A stretch of DNA of 64,000 bases. Origin: Podarcis tiliguerta. Taxonomy: Eukaryota. Location of the stretch: NCBI GenBank assembly GCA_965153285.1, contig OZ229119.1. One strand, given 5' to 3'. Made by a program: the position numbers and the translations under genes. Position 1 is the first letter of the stretch. Each line of letters opens with the position of its first letter. Below are positions 51,901-63,036 of this stretch, piece after piece. The notes under the pieces were generated by a model that saw nothing but the letters and a program-made list of their open reading frames with translations, searched no databases and was not told where the DNA came from.

Positions 51901-52469
51901 TTCCATGTCCTGTAGGGAATATCTCCCTCATACATGGAGGAGTATGTACCCTGTTGCATGTTGATCTGCCATCCAAACTCACCAAGTTTTGTCTTAGCAT
52001 TTTTTGCTTCCTTCCAGCTATAGCCTTACACCCAGTTTTCACAAGCAGCATTGACATGGGAAATTTAGCAGCTATCTTCGCATACTGTGATATTGAGAAC
52101 AATGAGCAGTTCTCATAGTGCAATGATTTGTGATATTAACACATGGGGGACAGTGCTGTTTTTAAAAATCACATGCTCCACAAAACCTATAAAAACAGCT
52201 CCAGGCTTTGTGGTGATTTCATAGTCTAAAAGTGGGATCGACCTAGGACTATAAGTGCTTAACCTCCAGCGCCCATTTGAAGCATCAAAGGGAAACAGAG
52301 GTAAATAACATCAGGATTGGCAGCCAGTACGTAGCATCGGGATTGGCCAGGCCTTGTATGAAAAGTAGGGGCCTAGAGAGGTACCCTTGCCTGGTCAACA
52401 GAGGACTCTCAGTCTTTCAGGTTCTATCTTCTTACAACTTCCAGTTCACTTCTCACTCATCTGCCTAAC

Positions 52470-52641
52470 ACTGAGTTAGACCACTAGTAGATCTATACCA
52501 GTATTGTCTACACTGACTGGTAGCAGCTTTCAAGGGTTATAGATGTGGATGTGCCCAGCCGTACCTGGAGATGCTTGGGGATTGAATCTGGGGTTTTCTG
52601 CATGCAAAGAACATGCTCTACCACTGAGTCACAGCCTTCCC
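52470..52641 (-). mobile_element. tRNA-Ala-derived SINE
   Basis: cagtattgtctacactgactgg...ggattgaatctggg..ttctgcatgcaaag..catgctctaccactgag. Confidence 0.85.
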
Positions 52642-52785
52642 CACTCTAGACCAATTCTCCCTTAGGAGGATTAATGTCATGGCTGTATCATGTCAAAGAT
52701 AGTAGATCTAATATAGCTATATTCCAGAATACTCTGATCTTATTTTTAAAACACATTGTCATGATATCCTTTTCTCCCCTTACAG

Positions 52786-52841
52786 AAACGTGGACATCTG
52801 ACAGAAAAAGAGAGGAGGCATCAGAATCCACATTGTAAACA
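52786..52841 (+). other. Candidate 56-nt internal exon of an unidentified + strand transcript
   Basis: ccttttctccccttacAG| purine-rich body |GTAAGT; only the phase-0 frame is open (KRGHLTEKERRHQNPHCK); peptide not recognised, so it may be UTR. Confidence 0.45.
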
Positions 52842-53287
52842 GTAAGTTTGTTCTCAGTGCCTTCTGAAACTGAATATTGTATGACATTTGCTTCTTTTCC
52901 TTGACCAGTCTGTTCTTTCTTTTACCAATATAAGAAATTAGTCTGGTAAGCAATTTCTGCCCTCTCTTAAAACTCAATTTCATTTCACTGGAGTGGACAT
53001 TTTATTCATTTATCCTATAATCCTCTTAGATAAAAAACCAAGATAATCCATGCAATGTATCTGTGCTGCATCACATAGGGACATATCATTAGTGTTTTCT
53101 CGACTAGGATGATTTGGTGCAATAATATTGGTTAGGAAGCCACAAAATAAAAGGAATGGCAAATCATATTTCTGCTTTTTGGGGGGTGCCTTTACGTATT
53201 TTTCATACAGTGCATGACAGTGTATTCCTGGCAAGTGGAGCAGAAATGGGAAAATCCTACAATTGCTTTGATGTTTAGCTGGTGCTT

Positions 53288-53659
53288 GCCATTGTATACC
53301 TGAAGGAGCGTCTCCACCCGCATCATTCAGCCCAGACACTGAAATCCAGCTCCAAGGGCCTTCTGGTGGTTCCCTTACTGTGAGAAATGAGGTTACAGGG
53401 AACCAGGTAGAGGACCTTCTCAGTAGTCATCTGCCCTATGGAATGCCCTCCAATCAGGTGTCAAGGAAATAAACAATGATCTGACTTTTATAAGATATCT
53501 GAAGGCAACCCTATCTAAGAAAGTTTTGAATGTTTAATGTTTTACTGTGTTTGATGTTTTAATTGGGAAGCTGCCCAGAGTGCCTGGGACAACCCAGTCA
53601 GATGCATAATGTATTATTGTTATTGTTATTGTTATTGTTATTGTTATTGTTATTGTTAT
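53288..53659 (+). mobile_element. L2 3' fragment with (ATTGTT)n tail
   Basis: Colinear with 2085-2410 (ctgaaggagcgtctccacc...gggccttctggtggttccc...ttacagggaaccagg) but more diverged. Confidence 0.9.
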
Positions 53660-53766
53660 CCATGGCGCCTGTGAGCCAGAAAGATGCATGTTGATGGTGC
53701 TGGGGAACACTGTATTTCACACTGCAACAAGGGCAAGAGATCTTATTCGGGTCTCAATTCTCAATA

Positions 53767-54017
53767 CAGTCGTACCTTGGTTGTCAAATGCCTTGGTACT
53801 CGGCCGTTTTGGCTCCTGAACACTGCAAACCTGGAAGTGAGTGTTACAGTTTGCAAATGTTTTTCGGAAGCCGAATGGCCAATGCAGCTTCTGAGGCTTC
53901 CGATTGAGTGCAGGGAACTCCTGCAGCCAATTGGAAGCCACGCCTTGGTTTTTGAACTGTTTCAGGAGTCAGATGGACTCCCAGAATGGATTAAGTTCGA
54001 CAACCAAGGTATGACTG
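53767..54017. mobile_element. Tigger-like MITE, 251 bp (second family)
   Basis: TA|cagtcgtaccttggttgtcaaa ... ttcgacaaccaaggtatgactg (20/22 TIR). Confidence 0.85.
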
Positions 54018-54088
54018 CACATATGATCAGCTTCCAAGACAATTTTGGGAAAGGAGACTTGCATAGGCTTCTAAGTCATCACATGGAT

Positions 54089-54382
54089 CAGGTATAGGGA
54101 GCCTCAAGCCCAAGGCCACTCTCCTTCTTTGCCTTGCTTCATATCCCACTTGAGAGTTTTTGCTTAGCTGGAATATGTCTTTGAACTCCAACAATGCCTC
54201 TTACCCTCCTGGATGGAAGATAGAGAGGGCTGTGTGTAGAAAGCAGCCTGCTGTACAAAGGTATGATTTACGTTAAATGCGCCCCCCTTTACTCTGACCC
54301 TATTCACACACAGGTGTATTCCTATCAGAAGCTTGCCCGGAAGGAATGCAGCCCATTGGCTGAAAGAGGTTCCCAACCCCTG
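54089..54382. mobile_element. hAT non-autonomous element, 294 bp
   Basis: caggtatagggagcct / aggttcccaacccctg; TSD acatggat / atatggat (7/8). Confidence 0.75.
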
Positions 54383-55166
54383 ATATGGATGAACAATTGG
54401 GATGCAAAGTGATCTGAAAATGTGTAGATGATAGTATTGCCTCAGGATCATGGTTTTTAGCCTAAGACCTCTTAGAGTTTTCAGCAAATTCCCACTGCTG
54501 CATTGTGGAAACAGTGTGTTTTTGAAATGGGCAGATGGTAGCATACCTGTGTTTGAATCTTTCTCTCTGTTTTATACACGTAATCAAAAATCCCCCCGTT
54601 TTAGCTTTCTTTAGCAGCTGGCATGAGCACCCTGAACTCATATCAAAACCATTCAAACGGAATCTGAATGTATTTATATACATGAAGAAGAAATTAATCA
54701 ACCTTTGTTGGTGCTCCAATGAATACAATCACCCTTCCTCCTTCAGGCAGAATATAATGATGAGAAACCTTTTCATAGCATCCATCAGTGAATTTATCAG
54801 TCATGGCATTATGATTATAGAATACAAATGTTCTAACCATGAATATATAATTACAGAAATGGAACTGTGCAGTGTCCATTTAACACATGTAATACATAAT
54901 TTATTTAGTTCACTGTTTGGACTCAATTCTTGGAAATGTAATGTAAACAGAATTACCATTTTCTAATTTTTAAACAATAACTTTATGACAGAGTTTGGGA
55001 ATACTCAACTAGCAGCAGTCAGTTTGCTTTAGGGGACAGGTAAATTGCAACACAGCAGGTTTGTCTATCAGCCGCATTTCTCCAATTAATATAAATGTTG
55101 AGCCTTCTTGAATAAAGGTACTCAAAGGAGTACGTCTTTCCTAAAATGTATAACATGGATCCTGCA

Positions 55167-55301
55167 TAGGGCTGCCATAGTCTGGAAATTTCCCAGACAT
55201 AGCCAGGATTCGACAGTTGGAAACAGTGTCCGGGTGCAAATCTCTGAAAGCTCAACAACTTTTGTGTCCAGATTTTCACTTTTTGAAATATGGCAACCCT
55301 G
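55167..55301. mobile_element. hAT (Blackjack-like) MITE
   Basis: tagggctgccata / tatggcaaccctg; flanks atcctgca / ttcatgca (6/8). Confidence 0.7.
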
Positions 55302-55835
55302 TTCATGCAGAACATTGTATCATTTTCAATTACTGTTTTACTTCATGAAGTTCTATAGAATGCATAGCAAATATATCCCTCCCTCCCCCCAAAAAACCCT
55401 ACCCTGCAACTTCAAGTTCAAGCACTTTGATCCTGTCTGTTTTCTTTTGAAAGTAATGGATGGAAGAGAATTATTAACTTGGAGTGTGAGTTGAAAACAT
55501 TGGGTTTTGCCACATGGAGAAATGTTGGAGGCTATGTTCACCACTGCTAAACCATATCAGCACGGATGTTGGAACTGAAAAAGAACTGTTGTGCAGAAGC
55601 AGCAAGGCAGCTGGTATCTCTTTCTCTCTCTCCTTGCAGAATTGCTTCCTTCCCTTCTGGCATAGCACAACGGAGTGAAATCAACCATGGGGGAAGAGAA
55701 TGTCTGGAGGGTTTCGAGTAGAGCAATGCATTAGGAAGAGCTATGGCTCTGCTCCACTGACTTTGCTCATCTTCAGATGAAGCCCTCAGCATATTGTCTC
55801 TGATGTTTCATTAACTGAATTAGGGGTGTACAATC

Positions 55836-56270
55836 TGTAAGGAGCTCATCCTACACTTGAGTAAGGATGTAAGGAGCTCATCCTACACCCGACTGGCATG
55901 TTCTCTCCCTCCTGGTCGATCGTTCGGGAACTTCAAAAGCTTTCTTCAGCCCGAACATCACAGTGACTGATGTCAACAGACATCAGCACACTTAGGGATC
56001 CACAGGGTCTTCGCAGCTTGCGTAACAGACCTCATCAACTCAGCATTTTGGCTAATCTACTTTATTTACGTATAAACACACATGGAGCACTGCAACATGG
56101 CTCCCTCAGACAGCAAAGAGAGAGAACAAAGGACAATAGTCCCAGTTCACGGAACACAGTAACACAAACATCCTGTCTCTGTCACTTCCCACACCGTGGA
56201 GTCAAAACATACACCGTCATGTGATAGACAAAAATCCCATGGCTGCAATCACGGAGCAGGAATACTAACA
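55836..56270 (-). mobile_element. Solo LTR, 435 bp
   Basis: Minus strand TGTTAG...TTACA; flanks caatc / caagc (4/5 TSD); AATAAA on minus strand near 56061; CpGs retained. Confidence 0.65.
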
Positions 56271-56819
56271 CAAGCAACAAAGCCCCCACCTATCCACAAG
56301 TGGGAGATAGATTTTAGCAAAGTGGAAGTGACCATAGCCAGTTGCATTGTGAGCAGCAGGTGTCCCACCCTTTTGCTCTTAAGCAACTGTAGCCCTCATT
56401 TTATTTGCAGTCGTCACTTCCATGTACACACATCTGCAGCCTCAGATATGCCCCCACTGTGTTGTTTGATATTGTGAACTGCCTTGAAATTGAAAAATGG
56501 GATATACATATTCAAATAAATGAATATGAGGGCAATTATCTCCTTCTGCACATGTCTATTGATTATAACAAGAGCAAGCAAGCCCATTAAAATTGATGGA
56601 GTAGCCATATTGACTAAGGCAGGTGTTAGCTCTTTACCTTCAATGTCATCATAAGAAGACAAACTGATGGACTTTTATTCTCATTATTATTCTTTAAAAT
56701 TCATAAGCTTTTTGTGGTTTTGGCTTTGATATTTTCAAAGATCATAACCCCGTGGCTGTGGAGGAGGCTAAACTATTGCAATACCCCTTGCTGAAGAGGT
56801 GTCTGTTCATCATCCTCAC

Positions 56820-57010
56820 ACAGTTAGCTGTTATCAAATTTCACCTGCCATGACAGTTATTTTGGATTATCATACAATTGACAGCTATGATGGTTCATAA
56901 TGGCTGTCTAGTTAATGACAGTTTCCTCCATCATTCATGTATTATAAAGATAAATTTGTGTAATTTGACAAATCGGGTTATTGTTCAGATTAACAATTGG
57001 CTCATGAGGA
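56820..57010. promoter_or_regulatory. Candidate enhancer with clustered MEIS/TGIF sites
   Basis: TGACAG at 56851, 56879 and 56916, all in the same orientation, in unique DNA. Confidence 0.4.
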
Positions 57011-59074
57011 TGATGCTGGAACAATGGACTAGGTCTCATTTCAGCCAGCTGAAATAAATCTCATCCCAGCCCATTGAAAATAACAGTAATATGAGCAGTT
57101 TCACTCCATTACTTCCAGAGAAATTGAATTCCTTTTTTTCCAACCTTGCAGATTCATAGAATTACAGTAGATCTTTTATTCTTAATTTTCTTTGGAAAGC
57201 TGTATGCTAATATTTTAGGTTCTAGTGCGTGCGTGCAATGAGATGGAAATGTCTGAACACATTTTGAGTCCATTTCTATTTAAAATGCAGTTGAAAAGCT
57301 TTGAAAAAGCAAGTTAGTTGACTTATGAAGGTTGTGTTCTAGTAAAAGAGGGGAAATTGCTTAAAACTTAAAACCAGCATGAATTCACTCCTTAGAGGTT
57401 TGCTTGAGAAGAACTCTTGATCGGTGTGGTCTGGGGACTAGGGCTGAATGCTTCTTGTACCTTTGGAAAACAGCATGTGGCAAAGTTAGCTTTGAAACTG
57501 GTCTTCTGAGTACATTGTTAATTACTAACGGCAGGAAAGAAATTTAACACAAGGTCTCCTGGGACATGTTGTTTTAGATTGCCACTTAACTGGGCAGATT
57601 CTTTTGGAAGAAAGCATATTGTGAAAGTGCTTTGGACTCTTCTATTTCCCAGAAGATCATCCACAACCACCTTGGAAATCTTGAGGATGATTTTTAATTT
57701 ATAGGTATCAGGGGTCTTAAGATATAACCACACAGGGATATATCCAGCACAGTATTACTAACATGAATATATACTAAGTTGTGTGTGGTTCCAGTTGTGC
57801 ATTATTGTGTTTCACTGTGTTTGTTTGACACTACAACCAGAGTAGCAGTGCTTTTTTCAGACAGAAAACCTAAGACATGGATTTACATTCTGCAGTTCTC
57901 TGACATGTACTAGTTATTCAACCTAATTTTGCAAAATGGTCCTGTCTACAGACTTCCCTGGGGACTTCAATTGCCATCTATCATCTTAGCACCTTGATAG
58001 ATTACTCACCATTATTTAATTTATCTTCAGATTCTTCTTTGTTAACAAACAAACACAGTGCACCCCCAGTGTCCCAGAAGTTGGATAATCCTTTGCTGAA
58101 TGGTTGGTAATACTTTGTCTCAAGTTATAATTTTGTGTGTGAAGGCTATGGCCCTGATCCAGCAATGGATGTTCAGCATACGGAATAAGGTTTCTACAAA
58201 TGATTCATTCTCATCTGTTCTTGCTAAAGGCTGTTGCAGCAGCACAGCACGGCTTGTATCTTAAGGCAGTACAGACTGTTTCTCAATTCATGCAAGTAGT
58301 AGGACATCAGTTTTTCTATTTGTGCCAAGCACGCGAAGTGGCTTAAGAACAAAATAAAATATGAGGCATGCTTATCTCTTGGCTGCTATATCAGGAGGAA
58401 ACTGATGCATTCTCCTTAGCCAGCTACAAGTCAACCCGTAACCTGTGGCCCTTCAGATATTACTGGCCTCTGGCCGTCATCATCCTGAACTGCTGGTCAT
58501 ACTGCCTGGAGCTAATTAGGAGTTGCAGTCCAACAACATAAACCCAGAAGGCCAAAGGTTATCCACCCCATGCTCTAAGCAGTGGCCTGAAGAGTAACTT
58601 TTTTTAGGTGCTGTTTCACAGGGGGTGGGAATAAAAGGAAGTTGTCATTTTAGGATGAGTCTTGTCTGTTTCTGGTTCACTTTTCACATGCTTAAAAAAA
58701 CACATCCAATAATTCTTTCCATTTCCAAATTAACCTGTGAGTTTGTAGAAATTATTTCATGTGGTAATACATTCCTGTGTAAATAAATAAATAAATAAAT
58801 ATTTACATGTGAGTTTTCTCTCAAGATGCACATTTAATGCAAAGTTTGAAACAGTTGAACTGACCAGAACTTCATCACAGCATTACACTGGTGGCTATTG
58901 GGGAGACAGGCAAACTGATGAGATGGCAACTATTAACTATTGCTGCTAATAATGGATTTTATTACATAAACAGTAGTGTGTCTCTGACATGTTTTGCCAA
59001 CCCGCCAAAAAACACTGACACCTGGCGGTTTATACCCACAATTAGACCCTTTGATCCACACCCAGTATAAAGTA

Positions 59075-59325
59075 CTGCCTTGCATTGGCCCCAATAGAGC
59101 ATCATTTAAACGACACTGTAAATGCTGTAACTCCACATATTGCCCCCCCTGCCCCCCGCCCGGCTGCCTTAGTGCTGGCAGTGTAATTGCAAATATTAGA
59201 GAACTGAACTTTGTCTAAATTATCTGGCTATAGCACACATTACCACAGATCTGTTTGAAGAGTTTCTGTGTGCAGCTGATTAGACACTCTAATGAGAGTG
59301 CCATAAAACCCCGTGTATTGTGTTT
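59075..59325. promoter_or_regulatory. Candidate conserved non-coding element
   Basis: Unique block with several TAAT/ATTA cores, posterior HOX/CDX-type GCCATAAAA near 59300 and E-boxes CAGATCTG/CAGCTG. Confidence 0.4.
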
Positions 59326-60145
59326 CTTTCTTTTCTTCTGGAACATTATGTCTTCAGTTGTCAAACAGCTATAACAAACTAAAGCTTAAATGTTCAACTG
59401 AAAGAAGCAGTAGCAAATGACTCATTTTTAGTATTTGGAAAAGGAAGGAGAATACATTTCTTGAGACTTAACGCTCTGGATCCAGAAACTCTCACGGGAA
59501 GCACACGTCCACCATCTTGTTTCAAAAGGCCTTTGGATCCTCAATGCTTCTCTAATCTCTTTTTTTAAATTCTCATGTTCTTGTTTAAGGGCTTAATCTA
59601 TTGAGGTTTTATGATTTAGATTTTGAATTTTGTTTATATATATATATTTATCATTGTTAGCAGCTTTGAGACCTAGCTGATGAAAAGCAGGATACAGAAT
59701 GTTGTGATGCTTGCCACCGTGAATGACTTTCAAGTTAGCCATACTCTTCATGAATCTGTCTATCAGTGGCCTACAGCTCCCATCAGTCAGCATGGTCAAT
59801 GGCCAAGAATGACAATTGTTGTTAAAATCAGGTTCACCAAAAATGGTTCAGTCAAACCACCCTCTCACAAAATTATCTTATATTTTCAAGGCAGTCATTC
59901 TAAACAGTTCTGTGCCGCGTTCCATGAGAGTAAGCCCCAATGAAAATTAGTGGGTCACCCTGGGGTCCTTCAGGATGAACGGTAGGATAAAAAAAGGAAA
60001 AATCATAAGATAAATCTTATAGCTTGTCAGCCATTAGCTGCTATCTTGCCCCATAATTTGGCATGCATTTTCATGCACATGTATTTTCAGAGCACGCATA
60101 CACACTAGTTAAACATGTGCTTGCCTGCAACTCTCAATTTCCTAT

Positions 60146-60627
60146 CATCACCTTGCCAACAAAGGTTCGTATAGTAAAAGCTATGGTTTTCCCAGTAGTG
60201 ATGTATGGAAGTGAGAGCTGGACCATAAAGAAGGCTGATCGCCGAAGAATTGATGCTTTTGAATTATGGTGCTGGAGGAAACTCTTGATAGTCCCATGGA
60301 CTGCAAGAAGATCAAACCTCTCCATTCTTAAGGAAATCAGCCCTGAGTGCTCACTGGAAGGACAGATCGTGAAGCTGAGGCTCCAATACTCTAGCTACCT
60401 CATGAGAAGAAAAGACTCCCTGAAAAAGGCCCTGATGTTGGGAAAGATGGAGGGTACAAGGAGAAGGGGACGACAGAGGACGAGAAGGTTGGATAGTGTT
60501 CTTGAAGCTACCAGTATGAGTTTGACTAAACTGCGGGAGGCAGTGGAAGACAGAAGTGCCTGGTGTGCTCTGGTCCATGGGGTCACGAAGAATCAGACAC
60601 GACTAAACAACTAAACAACAACAACAA
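60146..60627 (+). mobile_element. RTE-BovB LINE, 5'-truncated, with (CAA)n tail
   Basis: ITLPTKVRIVKAMVFPVVMYGSESWTIKKADRRRIDAFELWCWR...SLEGQ..KLRLQY...RRRGRQR...KLREAVEDR.AW.ALVHGVTK is the characteristic BovB C-terminus. Confidence 0.95.
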
Positions 60628-60724
60628 GTATTTGCTTGTGTTCTAAAATAAAAGAAAAAGACTCGGTTGAGATAGCTCATGGCTACTAGTGCTTTTGCAG
60701 TGCTTTTCTCGCTTGATTCAATTA

Positions 60725-61907
60725 CCGTATTTTTCGCCCTATAGGACGCACCGTCCCATAAGGCGCACCTAGTTTTTTGGGGGGGAAATAAAGGGAAAAA
60801 ATTATTTCCCCCCCAGGCGCGGGGTTGGGGAAGCCCGAGCTTCCCCCGACCCCAGCCCCCAAACAGGCAGCTCTCTGCAAGCCGTGGGAGCCCAGTGCTG
60901 GCTCCCGCTGCTAGCGGAGAGGTCCGCGAAGCCTGGACGCGCTGAGCTCAGCGCGCGCAGGCTTCAGCATGCAGGCAACTCTCCGCCAGCAGCGGGAGCG
61001 CTCCCGCTGCTAGCGGAGAGGTCCGCGAAGCCTGGACGCGCTGAGCTCAGCGCGCGCAGGCTTCAGCATGCAGGCACCTCTCCGCCAGCAGCGGGAGCGC
61101 TCCCGCTGCTAGCGGAGAGGTCCGCGAAGCCTGGACGCGCTGAGCTCAGCGCGCGCAGGCTTCAGCATGCAGGCACCTCTCCGCCAGCAGCGGGAGCGCT
61201 CCCGCTGCTAGCGGAGAGGTCCGCGAAGCCTGGACGCGCTGAGCTCAGCGCGCGCAGGCTTCAGCATGCAGGCACCTCTCCGCCAGCAGCGGGAGCGCTC
61301 CCGCTGCTAGCGGAGAGGTCCGCGAAGCCTGGACGCGCTGAGCTCAGCGCGCGCAGGCTTCAGCATGCAGGCACCTCTCCGCCAGCAGCGGGAGCGCTCC
61401 CGCTGCTAGCGGAGAGGTCCGCGAAGCCTGGACGCGCTGAGCTCAGCGCGCGCAGGCTTCAGCATGCAGGCACCTCTCCGCCAGCAGCGGGAGCGCTCCC
61501 GCTGCTAGCGGAGAGGTCCGCGAAGCCTGGACGCGCTGAGCTCAGCGCGCGCAGGCTTCAGCATGCAGGCACCTCTCCGCCAGCAGCGGGAGCGCTCCCG
61601 CTGCTAGCGGAGAGGTCCGCGAAGCCTGGACGCGCTGAGCTCAGCACGCGCAGGCTTCAGCATGCAGGCACCTCTCCGCCAGCAGCGGGAGCGCTCCCGC
61701 TGCTAGCGGAGAGGTCCGCGAAGCCTGGACGCGCTGAGCTCAGCGCGCGCAGGCTTCAGCATGCAGGCACCTCTCCGCAAGCAGCGGGAGCGCTCCTGCT
61801 GTTTGCGGAGAGGTCCGCGAAGCCTGCATTCGCCCCATAGGACACACCCAGATTTCCCCTTCATTTTTGGAGGGGAAAAAGTGCGTCCTATAGGGCGAAA
61901 AATACGG
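60725..61907. mobile_element. Tc2-like Tc1/mariner non-autonomous element (1183 bp) with internal tandem array
   Basis: Perfect 27-bp TIR ccgtatttttcgccctataggacgcac (60725-60751, 61881-61907); TA TSD on both sides; no transposase ORF. Confidence 0.95.
60902..61826. repeat. 99-bp GC-rich minisatellite, about 9.3 copies, two palindromes per unit
   Basis: Unit starts at 60902, 61001 ... 61793; interior units identical; 71/99 GC; 12 CpG per unit. Confidence 0.97.
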
Positions 61908-62700
61908 TACTCATCACTATGAAAAGTTCAGATGCATTTTAACAGCCCCAGGATGGTTGACCATTAGCATTTCACAATGAACCCTGTACAGTTAAACAGT
62001 TAACAGCATGCCTTCCTGAAAAAAGCAGCTGCTTTGATATGCTGAACAAAGACCTTCACTCTTTCTATCTGGTCCAATGAGTCTGAGAAGTTATCAGGCT
62101 AGGAAAAAATCTTTTGGTGTTCAAAGGCTCTGTGTTTTCTCTAGCCTGGCTTTTTAGCAGCAAGAGAAAAAGCAGGGTATATTAGTGAATTGCCATGGTC
62201 CAGAAAGGCATGGAGAGTGGCTTCATCCCATCAACTGCAGCTTCAGGCAAATGACTCACCTTGCATGCAATAAAATGTACTATAAACATGAGTGTACAGG
62301 AGTATATAAACATCTCCCTCTTCCTAGACAGTCACTACATTGAGCTAATACATTGCTTGCAAGGAAATGACAGTCTGAATTACAGATTTGCATTAGTTAC
62401 TTGGTGCATCATTCCAGAATATTGCAAGTGAGCATGGATACATTTTGTGGCAATGCTTCTGTGCAAGATTCCTCCTGACCCCATTGGATTTTTTCCCAGT
62501 TATGTATATAAGACACAACTTTTTGGGTGAGGGTGGAATCTTTTATTATCATTGCCAAAGTTAACGAAACATCTGACCACGCAACTTTACAAATTTGCTT
62601 TGAATGTTTTATGTGGGGTAGTAAAATCTATGAGAGCAGTGTTGGAGCAAACAGTACTTTTTGCAAATCATAGTAACTTAATAAAAATAATAGTCTAGTA

Positions 62701-63036
62701 CAGGGGTTGGTAACCTAAGGCCCATGGGCCACAAGTGGCCCATGGGGTTGTTTAACCAGCCCATGGACCCCTGCTACCCATTCACGGACCCCCCCCCCGC
62801 CCTCTCGGTCAGCTCCCATGCACCGTGCTAAACCGGCACGGAGCAGAGCAGGGACCTCCTTCCATGATGCTGGCAGGCTTTCCATTGGCTGCAGGAAGCT
62901 CCTGCAACCAATGGGAAGCTGCGCACGCCTCCTCCATGCCAGAAGGGGCTCCGGAAATAGCGTTTGCACCCTGGCCTACTGCGGCATCTGCAGGACTGTG
63001 AACCAACTCAAGCCACAAAAACTTTGCTGACCTCTG
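62701..63036. mobile_element. hAT-type non-autonomous element abutting a truncated short hAT MITE (63037-63150)
   Basis: caggggttggtaacct ... actttgctgacctctg termini with ggccc-rich subterminal repeats; TSD unclear. Confidence 0.7.

Noticed and set aside
60063-60614. 183-aa host gene
   Set aside because: It is a truncated BovB ORF with a fortuitous upstream ATG.
60902-61826. CRISPR-like array
   Set aside because: Palindromic repeats are present, but there are no unique spacers and no cas genes, and the context is eukaryotic.
60884-61840. 318-aa ORF with 33-aa repeats as a protein-coding gene
   Set aside because: It starts at GTG, lies wholly inside a MITE, and is open only because the GC-rich unit length (99) is a multiple of 3 with one stop-free frame.
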